A DNA stretch of 64,000 nucleotides, taken from NCBI GenBank assembly GCA_017433405.1, contig JAFRHH010000010.1, positions 464 through 64,463 of the forward strand, written 5' to 3'. Positions 1 to 9,376 of the stretch are shown here, in pieces; the stretch's first letter is position 1, and each line of letters starts with the position of its first letter. Position numbers and translations under genes: made by a program. The notes beneath the pieces are model-generated. The model had not been told where the DNA came from. It did not search any database and was given only the letters and a program-made list of their open reading frames with translations. The DNA comes from Clostridia bacterium. Its GTDB lineage: Bacteria > Bacillota > Clostridia > Christensenellales > Aristaeellaceae.

Positions 1-784
1 GCATCCGGACCAGGGGCGAGGTGCCCTCCCGGATTTCCCGGATCATCATCGGCGTCGTCAGGGTTTCCATCTCCATATAGACCATCAGGGGGCCTTCCCC
101 CCGGAACAGCTTCCGGCTCAGCGCCGCCCCGAGGCGGGTCGCCTGATCCTCAAAGCGCCGGCTTTCGAGGATTTCCGGCGTTTCATAGACGGAGCGGAAC
201 AGATCGTCCAGGGTCTCCTCCAGCTTCCCCGGCCGCTTCGTTTCGATATACCGCCTCCGGAAGCGCTGCAGCTGCTCCGCCGTCATCGCCGGGGTCCGGC
301 AGGCGATCCGGGCGCAGGGCTTCACCGGATAGATCGGCAGCTTCCGTTTCCCGTTCGGATCCGCGTAGACGCAGAGGCCCCGGGCAAAGGTGGAGCTGTC
401 CAGCTCCACCTGACCGCCCGGCATGATCGGGATCAGCGGATCCCGATTCCCCAGCTCCTTCAGAATCTCCCCGAAGAGCAGATCCGTCTGAAAAGACTGG
501 GCGCAATAGAGTCCGCCGTGGTGATCCGCGGTGAGGACCGCTCCCAGCCGGGCCGCCGCCTCCGTCCTTTCCGCGGTCTCCTCTCCGAGGCGCTCCGCCG
601 TATGTGCCCGGACGCGGGCGTAGAAATCCTCCGGGGACAGCAGGGAGGAAACCTTCCGGTTCCGGCGGATCTTCTCCGCCTGCTCCCGGATCAGCGTCTC
701 CATCCGTTCCCCGCGCTCCGCCCAGGTTTTGAAGGTCAGGCTGCGCTCCGCGCACAGCGCCATGAACTGATCAGGATGGGTCAT
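1..784 (-). CDS. Hypothetical protein, truncated by the window edge (MTHPDQFMALCAERSLTF...VLTADHHGGLYCAQSFQ...)
   Basis: Not in the ORF track. ATG at 784-782 overlaps the end of the upstream phosphatase gene, and the frame stays open to position 1 with host-like GC3-rich codons. Confidence 0.75.
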   Translation of the reverse strand, partial: MTHPDQFMALCAERSLTFKTWAERGERMETLIREQAEKIRRNRKVSSLLSPEDFYARVRAHTAERLGEETAERTEAAARLGAVLTADHHGGLYCAQSFQTDLLFGEILKELGNRDPLIPIMPGGQVELDSSTFARGLCVYADPNGKRKLPIYPVKPCARIACRTPAMTAEQLQRFRRRYIETKRPGKLEETLDDLFRSVYETPEILESRRFEDQATRLGAALSRKLFRGEGPLMVYMEMETLTTPMMIREIREGTSPLVRM

Positions 785-2576
785 TTTGTTTTTTGCCCTC
801 CGGCCCGTAGTACACAAGGGACAGCATCGTCAGATCGTCGAACTGCGGCGCTTCCCCGACGAAGGCGTCAATATCCTGCCGGATGGCCTTCAAAAGCGCT
901 TCGGGATCCTTATCCGCGTTCCGGTTCAGCGCCTTCGTCAGGCGCTCGTCGCCGTACAGCTCGTTGTTCGCGTTGGTGGCCTCCGTCACGCCGTCGGTAT
1001 ACATAAAGATCACGTTCCCCGGCTCCAGGGTAAACTCCCGCTGTTTATAAACCATGCCCTCCATGATGGCGACCGCCGGCGAATGCCTGGTCCGGATCAG
1101 GCTGTAGGTTCCGTCGCTCCCCCGGATCGCCGGATACTCATGGCCCGCGTTCACCTCGGTCACCTTCCCGGTCTTCAGATCAACCACGGCGATCCAGACC
1201 GTCACGAACATGCCGGAATCATTGCCTTCGCACAGCTGATTGTTGACGTTCATCAGGGCCTCCGCCGGGTTGGCGCCCGTCTGGAGGCGGTTCTTGATCA
1301 GGGTTTTGGCGATAACCATGAACAGGGCCGCCGGCACGCCCTTGCCGGAGACGTCCGCCACGACCATGGCCAGCCGATCCTCATCCACCATGAAGAAATC
1401 GAAGAAGTCTCCGCCTACCTCCCGCGCCGGCGACATGGAGGCGTAAAGCTCCATATCCTTCCGCCCGGGGAAGGGTGGGAAGATCTTCGGCAGCAGATCC
1501 CGCTGAATCGAGGCCGCTACGTTCAGCTCCGCGCCGATCCGCTCCTTTTCGGCGGTCACGATCTGCAGGTTCTTCATATAGTCATCCAGCTCGGTAATCA
1601 TGCTGGCAAACCGGTCCGACAGCGCGCCCAGCTCGTCTTCCCGCCCACGGTTGTTCCTCAGATGCTCCGCGATCGCCGGATTCTTCTCCCTGGAATAATC
1701 CTCGATGTCCTTGCCCAGCCGCACCAGCCGCTCCAGAATCTCCTTCCGGGTGAAATGAAACATGATCAGGCTCGCCAGGATCAGCACCACCGCCGAGGCC
1801 AGGGACTGAATCAGCACCGCGTGGAGAATATCGGAACGAACCTGGGCGACGCTGATGTCCGCGCAGAGTACCCCCACCTTTTCCCCGTCGATTTTAACGC
1901 AGTGGCTGTAGGTGTAGACATGGCCGTATTCATTGTCCAGGGAATCAAACCCGGTGGACTCCCCGCCGTTCTCCCAGGCCTCCCACATATACTTATGCAG
2001 CTTCGGATCCTCGTAGACCACGTCGCCGAGGATCAGAATCTCCCGCCCGTCCGCCGTCTTCGTGGTCCCCAGCGTCGGATCGAACATGTAGATCATCGTA
2101 TGATCCTTCGTTTCGTCGGGATAAATGAAGTAAACATAGCTCAGATTGAATCGGTCCCGGGCGTCAAAGAAAACCGTAAACCACCATTCCATGCTGTAGT
2201 TGACAAACAGCCGCTGTCCCTCAAAGTCCAGTTCATTGAAGGTCAGCTGGGTTCCGTAGGCCCTGCCGGGATAGTTCTTCACCACGTATTCGACAAACGC
2301 GGCATTGGCCCTGGGCAGATCCTCCCTGAAATTCAGCGGAACCTCCACCTGATCCGAATGTTCGCTGAACCACTTCTTCAGAAGGATCATCTCATCCCCG
2401 TCCATCAGAATCGTATCCGTCAGATAGGAGGTCATCTGCTTCAGGTGCTCCTTGCTGGTCTCATGATACTGCCGGGTCTGAAAGGAATAGGCCACCAGCC
2501 CGCTGACCACGATGGTCACCAGGGCGAAGAGAATGAACAGGATCCCAAACCGCCTGACCAGACTATTCTTCTTCAA
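771..2576 (-). CDS. Membrane-bound PP2C/SpoIIE (RsbU-like) serine phosphatase with extracellular sensor and HAMP domain
   Basis: Two TM segments, HAMP motif (REDELGALSDRF), and PP2C motifs VGGDFFDF, ADVSGKG, YTDGVTEA, QFDDLT. Confidence 0.92.
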   Translation of the reverse strand: MKKNSLVRRFGILFILFALVTIVVSGLVAYSFQTRQYHETSKEHLKQMTSYLTDTILMDGDEMILLKKWFSEHSDQVEVPLNFREDLPRANAAFVEYVVKNYPGRAYGTQLTFNELDFEGQRLFVNYSMEWWFTVFFDARDRFNLSYVYFIYPDETKDHTMIYMFDPTLGTTKTADGREILILGDVVYEDPKLHKYMWEAWENGGESTGFDSLDNEYGHVYTYSHCVKIDGEKVGVLCADISVAQVRSDILHAVLIQSLASAVVLILASLIMFHFTRKEILERLVRLGKDIEDYSREKNPAIAEHLRNNRGREDELGALSDRFASMITELDDYMKNLQIVTAEKERIGAELNVAASIQRDLLPKIFPPFPGRKDMELYASMSPAREVGGDFFDFFMVDEDRLAMVVADVSGKGVPAALFMVIAKTLIKNRLQTGANPAEALMNVNNQLCEGNDSGMFVTVWIAVVDLKTGKVTEVNAGHEYPAIRGSDGTYSLIRTRHSPAVAIMEGMVYKQREFTLEPGNVIFMYTDGVTEATNANNELYGDERLTKALNRNADKDPEALLKAIRQDIDAFVGEAPQFDDLTMLSLVYYGPEGKKQNDPS

Positions 2577-2598
2577 TGCCCTTTCCGCTCCTTTTAAG

Positions 2599-2673
2599 AA
2601 TCTGTCTTTTCCGCGAACAGCGGCTTACGTCTGTCTTTCCTGCCGGATGACGATTTTGCAGCCGCTCCGGCGC
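2599..2673 (-). repeat. Dispersed ~90-bp hairpin repeat, copy R1 (degenerate; begins with the tail of a previous unit)
   Basis: aatctgtct...gcgaacagcggcttacgtctgtc...ccggatgacgattttg matches the family consensus. Confidence 0.7.
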
Positions 2674-2685
2674 ATTATCCCTGAA

Positions 2686-2714
2686 ATTATACCATTTTGC
2701 GATCGGGAGCACAA
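2686..2714 (-). promoter_or_regulatory. Sigma-A promoter of the phosphatase gene
   Basis: TTGTGC-17 bp-TATAAT with an extended -10 (TG). Confidence 0.65.
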
Positions 2715-2754
2715 GAAAAAATAAGGACCGTCGGCAAAGCCGCCGAAGCGCGCG

Positions 2755-2793
2755 AAAAAGCCCGGGCGGCGGTTGTTGAGCCGCTCCCGGGCC
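2755..2793 (-). terminator. Rho-independent terminator
   Basis: GCCCGGG(A)GCGG...CCGC(G)CCCGGGC stem followed by TTTTT on the minus strand. Confidence 0.7.
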
Positions 2794-2867
2794 GTAGTGC
2801 TTTTTCGTTTTGAATTCGCTTTGAACGCCGCGCGGGTCAGAAACAGGGGTCTTTCCCCGCGTCCGCC

Positions 2868-3929
2868 TTAATCCGGCTGATAGTAGCGTACCGCCGCGTC
2901 CAGGGCCGCGAGGGTTTCCTCCCTGGCGCTGTTCTGGAACCGGGCGACATACTCGACGTCCCCGTCGTCCCGCACCTCGACCAGCACGATCTGGTTAATC
3001 GCGTAGCCGGCGGAGTTCCGGTAGATATAGGAGGAAGCCAGCAGCCGCTTTCCGCCGATATCGTAGTACTCATGCAGAGTGGTGCCCACCAGCCGGTCCC
3101 CATAGGTCTTCTGCATGAAATTGGTATAGGTGTTCTTAATATAGTTCTCCGGATTCTTCAGCTTATCGGATCCCGTTCTCCGGCCCATGTAAATATTCGG
3201 GACGTAACCCTCCTGCTTCAGCCAGATGTAGAAGGTCTTTTCCTCCTGATTCCAGCTGGCGGTTGCCTCCGTCGGAATCTTGGTGGCATACCCCTGCGCG
3301 TCGCAGCGGGCATCCTTGAAGCCGGCGACCTCCACGGGCTGAGCGACCTCGATGCCGGTTTCCGGTTCCGGCTGCGGCGCTTCGGTCACCTGGGGCGCCG
3401 TGTCCGTCGGCTCGTAATACCGCACGACGGTATCCAGCGCGGCCAGGGTATCCTCTCCCTGATTGGCGACGAACTTGGCGGTATATTCCACATCCCGGTC
3501 GTCCCGGACCTCAACCAGGCGAACCAGGCAGAGCTGGGTCCCGTTCACCCGATAAAAATACTGGGCGGCGTACAGGTTTTTCCCGCCGATCTCATAGGTA
3601 TCGCAGGGAATCGTCCCGACCATGTCCTCGCCATACTGATTTTCCATGTACTCCCGGTAAACATTGTTCAGATAGTTCACGGGGTTCTTCAGCTTGCCCT
3701 CCGCAGGCCGGCGGTAAACCAGCACAAAGGGGATGTAGCCTTCCTTCCCCACGGAAACCCAGAGCCCGTTTTCCTCGTCATAGCGGGCACTCAGGTTCGA
3801 CGGAATCTGCGTCTTAAAGCCCTGCTCGTCGCAACGCGCCTCCTTCAGTCCCTCCCCCGCGGCCAGCGCCGGCAGGCATCCGCATACCAGGGCCAGGATC
3901 AGGGCCAGGCAGCAAACTCGTTTCATCAT
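2868..3929 (-). CDS. Secreted protein with an internally duplicated domain (possibly PsbP/DcrB-like)
   Basis: Signal peptide; two similar halves (ARCDEQGFKTQIP.../ARCDAQGYATKIP...; VEVRDDRDVEY/VEVRDDGDVEY) joined by a Pro/Glu linker. Confidence 0.8.
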   Translation of the reverse strand: MMKRVCCLALILALVCGCLPALAAGEGLKEARCDEQGFKTQIPSNLSARYDEENGLWVSVGKEGYIPFVLVYRRPAEGKLKNPVNYLNNVYREYMENQYGEDMVGTIPCDTYEIGGKNLYAAQYFYRVNGTQLCLVRLVEVRDDRDVEYTAKFVANQGEDTLAALDTVVRYYEPTDTAPQVTEAPQPEPETGIEVAQPVEVAGFKDARCDAQGYATKIPTEATASWNQEEKTFYIWLKQEGYVPNIYMGRRTGSDKLKNPENYIKNTYTNFMQKTYGDRLVGTTLHEYYDIGGKRLLASSYIYRNSAGYAINQIVLVEVRDDGDVEYVARFQNSAREETLAALDAAVRYYQPD

Positions 3930-4017
3930 CGTCTTCCCTCCCGATTCTTTTTTAGTCGTTTCGCTCCGGAGCCTGCTTTCCGGCCCGGCGCATTTTTCTT
4001 TCCGCCCCGGAGCTTTT

Positions 4018-4047
4018 TCCTCTGTGAACGGCAGTTCACGTCTGCCA
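4018..4047 (-). repeat. Dispersed repeat copy R2 (partial)
   Basis: tcctctgtgaacggcagttcacgtctgcca. Confidence 0.8.
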
Positions 4048-4164
4048 CGCGCCGGCGCTTCTCTTGCGTCAATTATAGAGGAAACCGGCTTCCCAAATCA
4101 AGGAAAAGGAGGCAAGATTCCCGTTCATTCCGGGTTAGTTTTCGGTCAGGACGGGTTTGCAGCT

Positions 4165-4189
4165 AAAAAAGCCGCCGTTTCCGGCAGCT
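4165..4189 (-). terminator. Rho-independent terminator ending the pectin ABC operon
   Basis: AGCTGCCG-GAAA-CGGCGGCT followed by TTTTT on the minus strand. Confidence 0.7.
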
Positions 4190-4203
4190 AAAAGAGGTTC
4201 GCG

Positions 4204-5283
4204 TCAGTCCTGCTTGATGGCCAGCTCCGTCTCCCCGTCGAAGAGGTAGATCGCCTCCCGGGGGATATAGAAGGTCAGCGGAGCATCCATCTCCGGGGTA
4301 TCATGGCTGTCCACCTTCAGGATCGCCTGCTGCTCCCCGCTGGTGATATACACGTTGGTATTGTCTCCCAGCATCTCCGTCAGCTCCACCTGGCAGTCGA
4401 CCCGGATGGCGCCCTCCTGGGGCTGAAGCACGATGGCCTCCGGCCGGAAGCCGAACACGATCTCTTTCCCCTCCAGGGCGGCCGCGTCCTTCCGGCAGCC
4501 CTTCAGATCGATATCCACCTCGCCGAAGCGGAAGGTGCCGTTTTGCACCCGGCCCCGGGCGAAGTTCATGGGAGGCTCGCCGATAAAGCCGCCGACGAAG
4601 ACGTTGGCCGGCTGGAAATACAGCTCATAGGGCGTGCCGATCTGCTGGACATAGCCGTCCTTCATGACGACAATCCGGTCCGCAAGGGTCATGGCCTCCG
4701 TCTGGTCATGGGTGACGTAAATCGTGGTGGCGCCGGTTTCCTGGTGAATCTGGGCGATCTCGTAGCGCATGGTGACCCGCTGCTTCGCGTCCAGGTTGGA
4801 CAGGGGCTCATCCATCAGGAAGATGCCCACCTTCCGGATGATGGCCCGGCCGATGGCGACCCGCTGGCGCTGGCCGCCGGAAAGGGCCTTGGGCAGCCGG
4901 TCCAGATAATCCGTCAGCCCCAGGATCTTCGCGGTCTTCATGACCCGCTGTTCGATCACGTCCTCGTCCACCCCCGCCAGGGTCAGGCCGAAGGCGATGT
5001 TGTCGTAGACCGTCATCTGGGGATAGAGGGCGTAGCTCTGGAACACCATGGCCACTTCCCGCTCCCGGGGTCCCATCTCGTTGGCCCGCTTGCCGTTGAT
5101 CAGGAACTCGCCGCTGGAGATGTTCTCCAGGCCGGCGATCATTCGGAGCGTTGTGGATTTTCCGCAGCCGGAAGGTCCGACAAACACAATGAACTCACCC
5201 TTCTCGATCTCCAGGTTGAAGTTATGCACCGCGTGGAATCCGTTGGGGTAGATCTTGTTAATGTCCTTCAGCGTAATGTACAT
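4204..5283 (-). CDS. Carbohydrate ABC transporter ATP-binding protein (MalK/MsmX family)
   Basis: GPSGCGKST, LSGGQRQR, MDEPLSNLD and a C-terminal TOBE region. Start moved to MYITLK, which has a GGAGG RBS. Confidence 0.95.
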   Translation of the reverse strand: MYITLKDINKIYPNGFHAVHNFNLEIEKGEFIVFVGPSGCGKSTTLRMIAGLENISSGEFLINGKRANEMGPREREVAMVFQSYALYPQMTVYDNIAFGLTLAGVDEDVIEQRVMKTAKILGLTDYLDRLPKALSGGQRQRVAIGRAIIRKVGIFLMDEPLSNLDAKQRVTMRYEIAQIHQETGATTIYVTHDQTEAMTLADRIVVMKDGYVQQIGTPYELYFQPANVFVGGFIGEPPMNFARGRVQNGTFRFGEVDIDLKGCRKDAAALEGKEIVFGFRPEAIVLQPQEGAIRVDCQVELTEMLGDNTNVYITSGEQQAILKVDSHDTPEMDAPLTFYIPREAIYLFDGETELAIKQD

Positions 5284-5312
5284 CCGCTTCTTGCCTCCTT
5301 GGCTGCTTTTCG

Positions 5313-5349
5313 CTTCCGTGAACATCGGTTCACGTCTGTCTTTCTGTCC
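5313..5349 (-). repeat. Dispersed repeat copy R3 (partial)
   Basis: ccgtgaacatcggttcacgtctgtctttctgtcc. Confidence 0.75.
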
Positions 5350-5386
5350 CGCAAGCGTCCCCTGCGTTTCGTTCCGCCTGTGTCCG

Positions 5387-6511
5387 TCAGGCAAAGCGCC
5401 TGACCTCGGTGTAGGCCAGCACGAAGGGCGCCACGCCCTTGGCGTCGTCGCTGACCACCGGTTCGGAGATATAGTATTCGTAGGACCCGTCCCGGGGCTT
5501 GCCGCCGTTGTCCCCCAGGCCCGCCACGAGGCAGATGTGGTTCAGTCCCATCTCATCCCCGTTAAAGGTGAGGCAGCGGTCGCAAAGCCCCTCGAAGGTT
5601 TTCTTTCCCTTTTCCCGGAACTCCGGCGCCAGAATCCCGAGCCGCGCCCCCTTCATCATCGCGTAGGCGATCATGGAGCTGCCGCTGGATTCAAGATAGT
5701 TGCCTTCCCGGCCCCCCTGATCCACGACCTGCCAGTAGAGGCCGGTGGCCGGATCCGCGTAGCGGGCGACGGCGGTCATCAGCTCCCGGAAGATGTCCGC
5801 GATTTCCGCCCGGCTCTTTTCTTCGTCAATGATCTCCGCCAGATCCGCCAGGGCGATGGAGAACCACCCGATGGCCCGGAGCCAGAAGCAGCGGCTCAGC
5901 CCGGTTTCCGGATCGGCCCAGTACATGCTCCGGCTTTCGTCATACCCGTGGTAGTACAGCCCGGTTTTTTCGTCGCGCATATGTCTGCGGACGTTTCGGA
6001 CCTGGGAAAGGATATCGGCATAGTCCTTCTTCCCGAACTCCCTTTCATACAGGGCCATGAAGGGCTGGGCCATATAGACCCCGTCCAGCCAGACCTGGTG
6101 CGGATAGACCGACTTATGCCAGTAGTTTCCCTCTTTGGTCCGGGGCTGCTGATCCAGCATTCGCTTCAGGGTCTCCGCGGCCTTCCGGTACTTTTCCTTC
6201 CCGGTTCGCTCCCAGGCCGGAAACAGGGCCCGGCCCTCATTGACGTCGTCCAGCCGATGCTTGTCGATCTCCAGGGTCGCGATGGAGCCGTCCTCCCGGA
6301 CGTAGTGATCCACGACCCGCTCGGCAAAATCCGCGTAGGCATCCTTACCCGTCAGCCCGCTCAGCGCCATCAGCGCCGTCAGCATACATCCGTCGATATA
6401 GTTCCAGTGGCCTTCCTTGCCGTCCCGGATGATTTCCTGGTTCCAGACGGTCCGGCTGGGCGTGGATCTTTCGACCAGGCTGTCGATATACCGGTCAATC
6501 TTCTCGTACAA
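5387..6511 (-). CDS. GH105 unsaturated (rhamno)galacturonyl hydrolase (YteR-like)
   Basis: WNYIDG, LDDVNEG, YWHK..YPHQVWLDGVYMA, FWLRAIGW and ESSGSSM motifs; pectin context. Confidence 0.92.
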   Translation of the reverse strand: MYEKIDRYIDSLVERSTPSRTVWNQEIIRDGKEGHWNYIDGCMLTALMALSGLTGKDAYADFAERVVDHYVREDGSIATLEIDKHRLDDVNEGRALFPAWERTGKEKYRKAAETLKRMLDQQPRTKEGNYWHKSVYPHQVWLDGVYMAQPFMALYEREFGKKDYADILSQVRNVRRHMRDEKTGLYYHGYDESRSMYWADPETGLSRCFWLRAIGWFSIALADLAEIIDEEKSRAEIADIFRELMTAVARYADPATGLYWQVVDQGGREGNYLESSGSSMIAYAMMKGARLGILAPEFREKGKKTFEGLCDRCLTFNGDEMGLNHICLVAGLGDNGGKPRDGSYEYYISEPVVSDDAKGVAPFVLAYTEVRRFA

Positions 6512-6547
6512 GGGCGCCCTCAGCTCCTCCCGATTGGTTCTTGTTTA

Positions 6548-6582
6548 TTCGCTGACGCGATTCGCGGACAAAATCTGTCTCC
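6548..6582 (-). repeat. Dispersed repeat copy R4 (hairpin-3 end only)
   Basis: ttcgctgacgcgattcgcggacaaaatctgtctc. Confidence 0.75.
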
Positions 6583-6615
6583 GGCCCACGCCTGTTTCCT
6601 TCAGGGAAACTCTTA

Positions 6616-7251
6616 CTACTTCCCGGCCTGCTTTTTCGCGTCCGCGACGATATTTTTCATCCCCCGCTTCATGGCGATCAGCAGCAGATCCCAGCCCATG
6701 ACCAGCAGGCCGAACAGGATGGGCTCCACCCCGACGGGCAGCGTGTCCGTGGGGCCGGTCAGGGCGATCCATGCGCCGTTGATCGCGTTATAGCTCAGCA
6801 CCGTCAGCGCCAGCAACACATATCCGTACAGGATGTTCAGCGGCAGGGAGACGAAGCCCTTCCGGGTGACCATCATCCACCGGTCGTTTTCGCCCGGCCG
6901 CTTTGCGTAATACCGCAGGATGTTGTTCTCCATCAGGTCCTTGACAAACCCGAGGCCCGCGCCGAGGATCAGCAGCAGGTTTTCCTGGCTGGGTACGGCC
7001 ACCCCGAGGCCCCAGTAAAAGAAGAAGCAGCAGGCCCCGGCGAACCACCATTTCATCAGGATGACCTTGACCCAGTCAGCGAGGCGGATCTTCGGCCCAG
7101 ACCGGTATTTGTCCAGCTCCGCCTGGCTGACCTTCGGGGAGTTCGTCACATCAGCCGTGACCAGATCCTCGACCGCTTTGGTGTTCAGGCGGTAAGCCTC
7201 CGACAGGGTCCGCTCGGGTTCCTTCTCAGGCGTCTTTTTCTTCCCGGCCAT
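6616..7251 (-). CDS. Uncharacterised membrane protein (ABC operon accessory)
   Basis: About 4 hydrophobic segments; KWWFAGA..FF..WGL motif; co-oriented within the operon. Confidence 0.85.
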   Translation of the reverse strand: MAGKKKTPEKEPERTLSEAYRLNTKAVEDLVTADVTNSPKVSQAELDKYRSGPKIRLADWVKVILMKWWFAGACCFFFYWGLGVAVPSQENLLLILGAGLGFVKDLMENNILRYYAKRPGENDRWMMVTRKGFVSLPLNILYGYVLLALTVLSYNAINGAWIALTGPTDTLPVGVEPILFGLLVMGWDLLLIAMKRGMKNIVADAKKQAGK

Positions 7252-7256
7252 GGTCC

Positions 7257-7799
7257 TCAGTCGTCCTGACCCCTCAGATCCAGGGCGCCCATCTCATCGT
7301 TCTCGGCCACCTCGATGGAGGTATTGACCTTCCTGAGGAGCGGCGCGTACACCGGCAGCAGCGCCGTCAGCGCGGCCCCGATGATCAGAATGATCTGGTG
7401 CACCTTCAGCATGTTCTGAGCGGCGGTAATATAGCTGTTTGTCCCGGTGGGATCGATGGGATTGTCCGCCCGGGTGATGGCGTTGGTAATCCGTCCGCCG
7501 TAGTAGATATCGCAGTAGATAATGATCCCGACCATGATAAACATCAGGCACAGCATCGGGATGTTCACCTTTTTCCGGTGCGGGAAAGCGTTCAGGAAGC
7601 ACACCAGGCTCAGCATGCTGAACAGCATGGTCACAAAGCCGGCCAGCCCCATGCCCTGCCCCTGTACCTTGGCGGTGGTATTGGAAATCTGGGTCAGGTT
7701 CAGGGAATAATAGATGAAGGCCACGGCCAGCACCACCAGCGCGATGGTCTGAGGCTTCCGCTTGAGACCGACCATTTTCTTCCGGAAGAATTCTTTCAT
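7257..7799 (-). CDS. Uncharacterised membrane protein (ABC operon accessory)
   Basis: About 4 TM segments; 3-5 nt gaps to neighbouring genes. Confidence 0.85.
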   Translation of the reverse strand: MKEFFRKKMVGLKRKPQTIALVVLAVAFIYYSLNLTQISNTTAKVQGQGMGLAGFVTMLFSMLSLVCFLNAFPHRKKVNIPMLCLMFIMVGIIIYCDIYYGGRITNAITRADNPIDPTGTNSYITAAQNMLKVHQIILIIGAALTALLPVYAPLLRKVNTSIEVAENDEMGALDLRGQDD

Positions 7800-7802
7800 G
7801 GC

Positions 7803-8873
7803 TTATTTCTCCTTCCTGATGGCATTCGTGGTCTCCTTGTCGAAGAAGTGCTTCCGCCCGAAGAGCAGACTGACCACATCCCCGTTCCGATAATCCGTCC
7901 AGCCTCTCAGCTTCGCGGTGATCCGAAGATTATCGCCCATATAGCCGTGAACCAGGGTGTTCATGCCCAGGTTCTCATTGCTGAAGACCTTCGTGGAAAT
8001 ACCGCCGCCGGCGCTCACATCTTCCGGGCGGACCCCCAGGGTGATCTCCTTGCCGTTGTATCCGGAAAGCGTCGCCTTCTCCTCCGGCGTCAGCTCCACG
8101 GTGAAGCCCTGGCCCTTCAGCACCCCGTCCTGGAACAGCACGTCATAGAAGTTCATGGGCGGCAGCCCGATGAAGCCCGCGACGAAGAGGTTCGCCGGCC
8201 GGTCGTAGAGCTCGAGGGGCGTGCCGATCTGCTGGACATGGCCCATGCTCATGCAGACGATCCGGTCCGCCAGCGTCAGCGCCTCGGTCTGGTCGTGGGT
8301 AACGTACAGCATGGTGGCCTTCAGCCGCTTGTGGAGCAGCAGGATCTCCCGCCGGGTCGCGCCGCGCAGCTTCGCGTCCAGGTTGGACAGGGGCTCATCG
8401 AAGAGGAACACCTTCGGGTTTCGGACGATGCTCCGGCCCATGGCCACCCGCTGGCGCTGGCCGCCGGAAAGCTGGGAGGGCTTCTTGTTCAGCTGGCTGG
8501 TCAGCCCCAGAATCTCCGCCGCCGCCAGCACCTTCTTGTGAATAACGTTCGGATCTTCCTTCCGAAGGGTCAGGCTGAAGGCCATGTTCTCATAGATCGT
8601 CATATGGCCGTAGAGGGCGTAGTTCTGGAACACCATCGCCATGTCCCGGTCCTTGGCCGGAGCCTGGGTAATGTCCTTCCCGTCCAGCAGCAGCTTGCCC
8701 CGGGAAATATCCTCGAGGCCCGCCACCATCCGCAGGGTGGTGCTCTTGCCGCAGCCGGAAGGCCCGACCAGCACGATCAGCTCGCCGTCGGCCACATCCA
8801 TGTTGAAGTCGAAGACGGCCTGAACATTGTTGTCATAAATCTTGTCCAGGTGCTGCAGATTCAGTTGAGCCAT
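7803..8873 (-). CDS. Second carbohydrate ABC transporter ATP-binding protein (MalK family)
   Basis: GPSGCGKST, LSGGQRQR, FDEPLSNLD. Confidence 0.95.
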   Translation of the reverse strand: MAQLNLQHLDKIYDNNVQAVFDFNMDVADGELIVLVGPSGCGKSTTLRMVAGLEDISRGKLLLDGKDITQAPAKDRDMAMVFQNYALYGHMTIYENMAFSLTLRKEDPNVIHKKVLAAAEILGLTSQLNKKPSQLSGGQRQRVAMGRSIVRNPKVFLFDEPLSNLDAKLRGATRREILLLHKRLKATMLYVTHDQTEALTLADRIVCMSMGHVQQIGTPLELYDRPANLFVAGFIGLPPMNFYDVLFQDGVLKGQGFTVELTPEEKATLSGYNGKEITLGVRPEDVSAGGGISTKVFSNENLGMNTLVHGYMGDNLRITAKLRGWTDYRNGDVVSLLFGRKHFFDKETTNAIRKEK

Positions 8874-9376
8874 TACGCAGCCTCCTTCCCGGTTCCCAGG
8901 CTGGCCAGGTGCTTATTCAGGGCGATGGACTTCTGCTGATTGATGATCCCGGCGATGATCAGGCAGGCCGCGCTTCCGGCCAGATAGATCACGCACCGGA
9001 TGAACTGGGCATTCCCCATGACGATGGTTTCCACGCCGTTGACCACCACGGTCGCCGAATGGGCCTGCATGGGCAGGATAAAGATCCTGACCACCTGCAG
9101 GACGCCCAGCGCGTACAGCAGATAGGAATAGTTAATCTGATAGCTTTTGACGCCCTCGGAGGCCAGGAAGGCCATCAGCAGGAACAGCAGATTGTAAACG
9201 ATGGACCCGCCGACCAGGATCTGATAATACCAGTTTCCCACGTCGGACTTATATATCGAAATGAAATACAGAACGTTGAGCAGAATGGCCAGATAGCACA
9301 GCCTGGAGGAAGAGGTGTTTTTGATGTACCGCATCCGGTCCAGCCTGATTTGGCGATCGTCCATGGCCTGTGTCAT
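8873..9376 (-). CDS. Uncharacterised membrane protein (ABC operon accessory)
   Basis: About 4 TM segments; ATGA overlap with the upstream gene and TAATG overlap with the downstream ATPase. Confidence 0.85.
   Translation of the reverse strand: MTQAMDDRQIRLDRMRYIKNTSSSRLCYLAILLNVLYFISIYKSDVGNWYYQILVGGSIVYNLLFLLMAFLASEGVKSYQINYSYLLYALGVLQVVRIFILPMQAHSATVVVNGVETIVMGNAQFIRCVIYLAGSAACLIIAGIINQQKSIALNKHLASLGTGKEAA

Noticed and set aside
183-755. 190-aa Gly/Pro-rich ORF
   Set aside because: Alternate frame of the real gene starting at 784.
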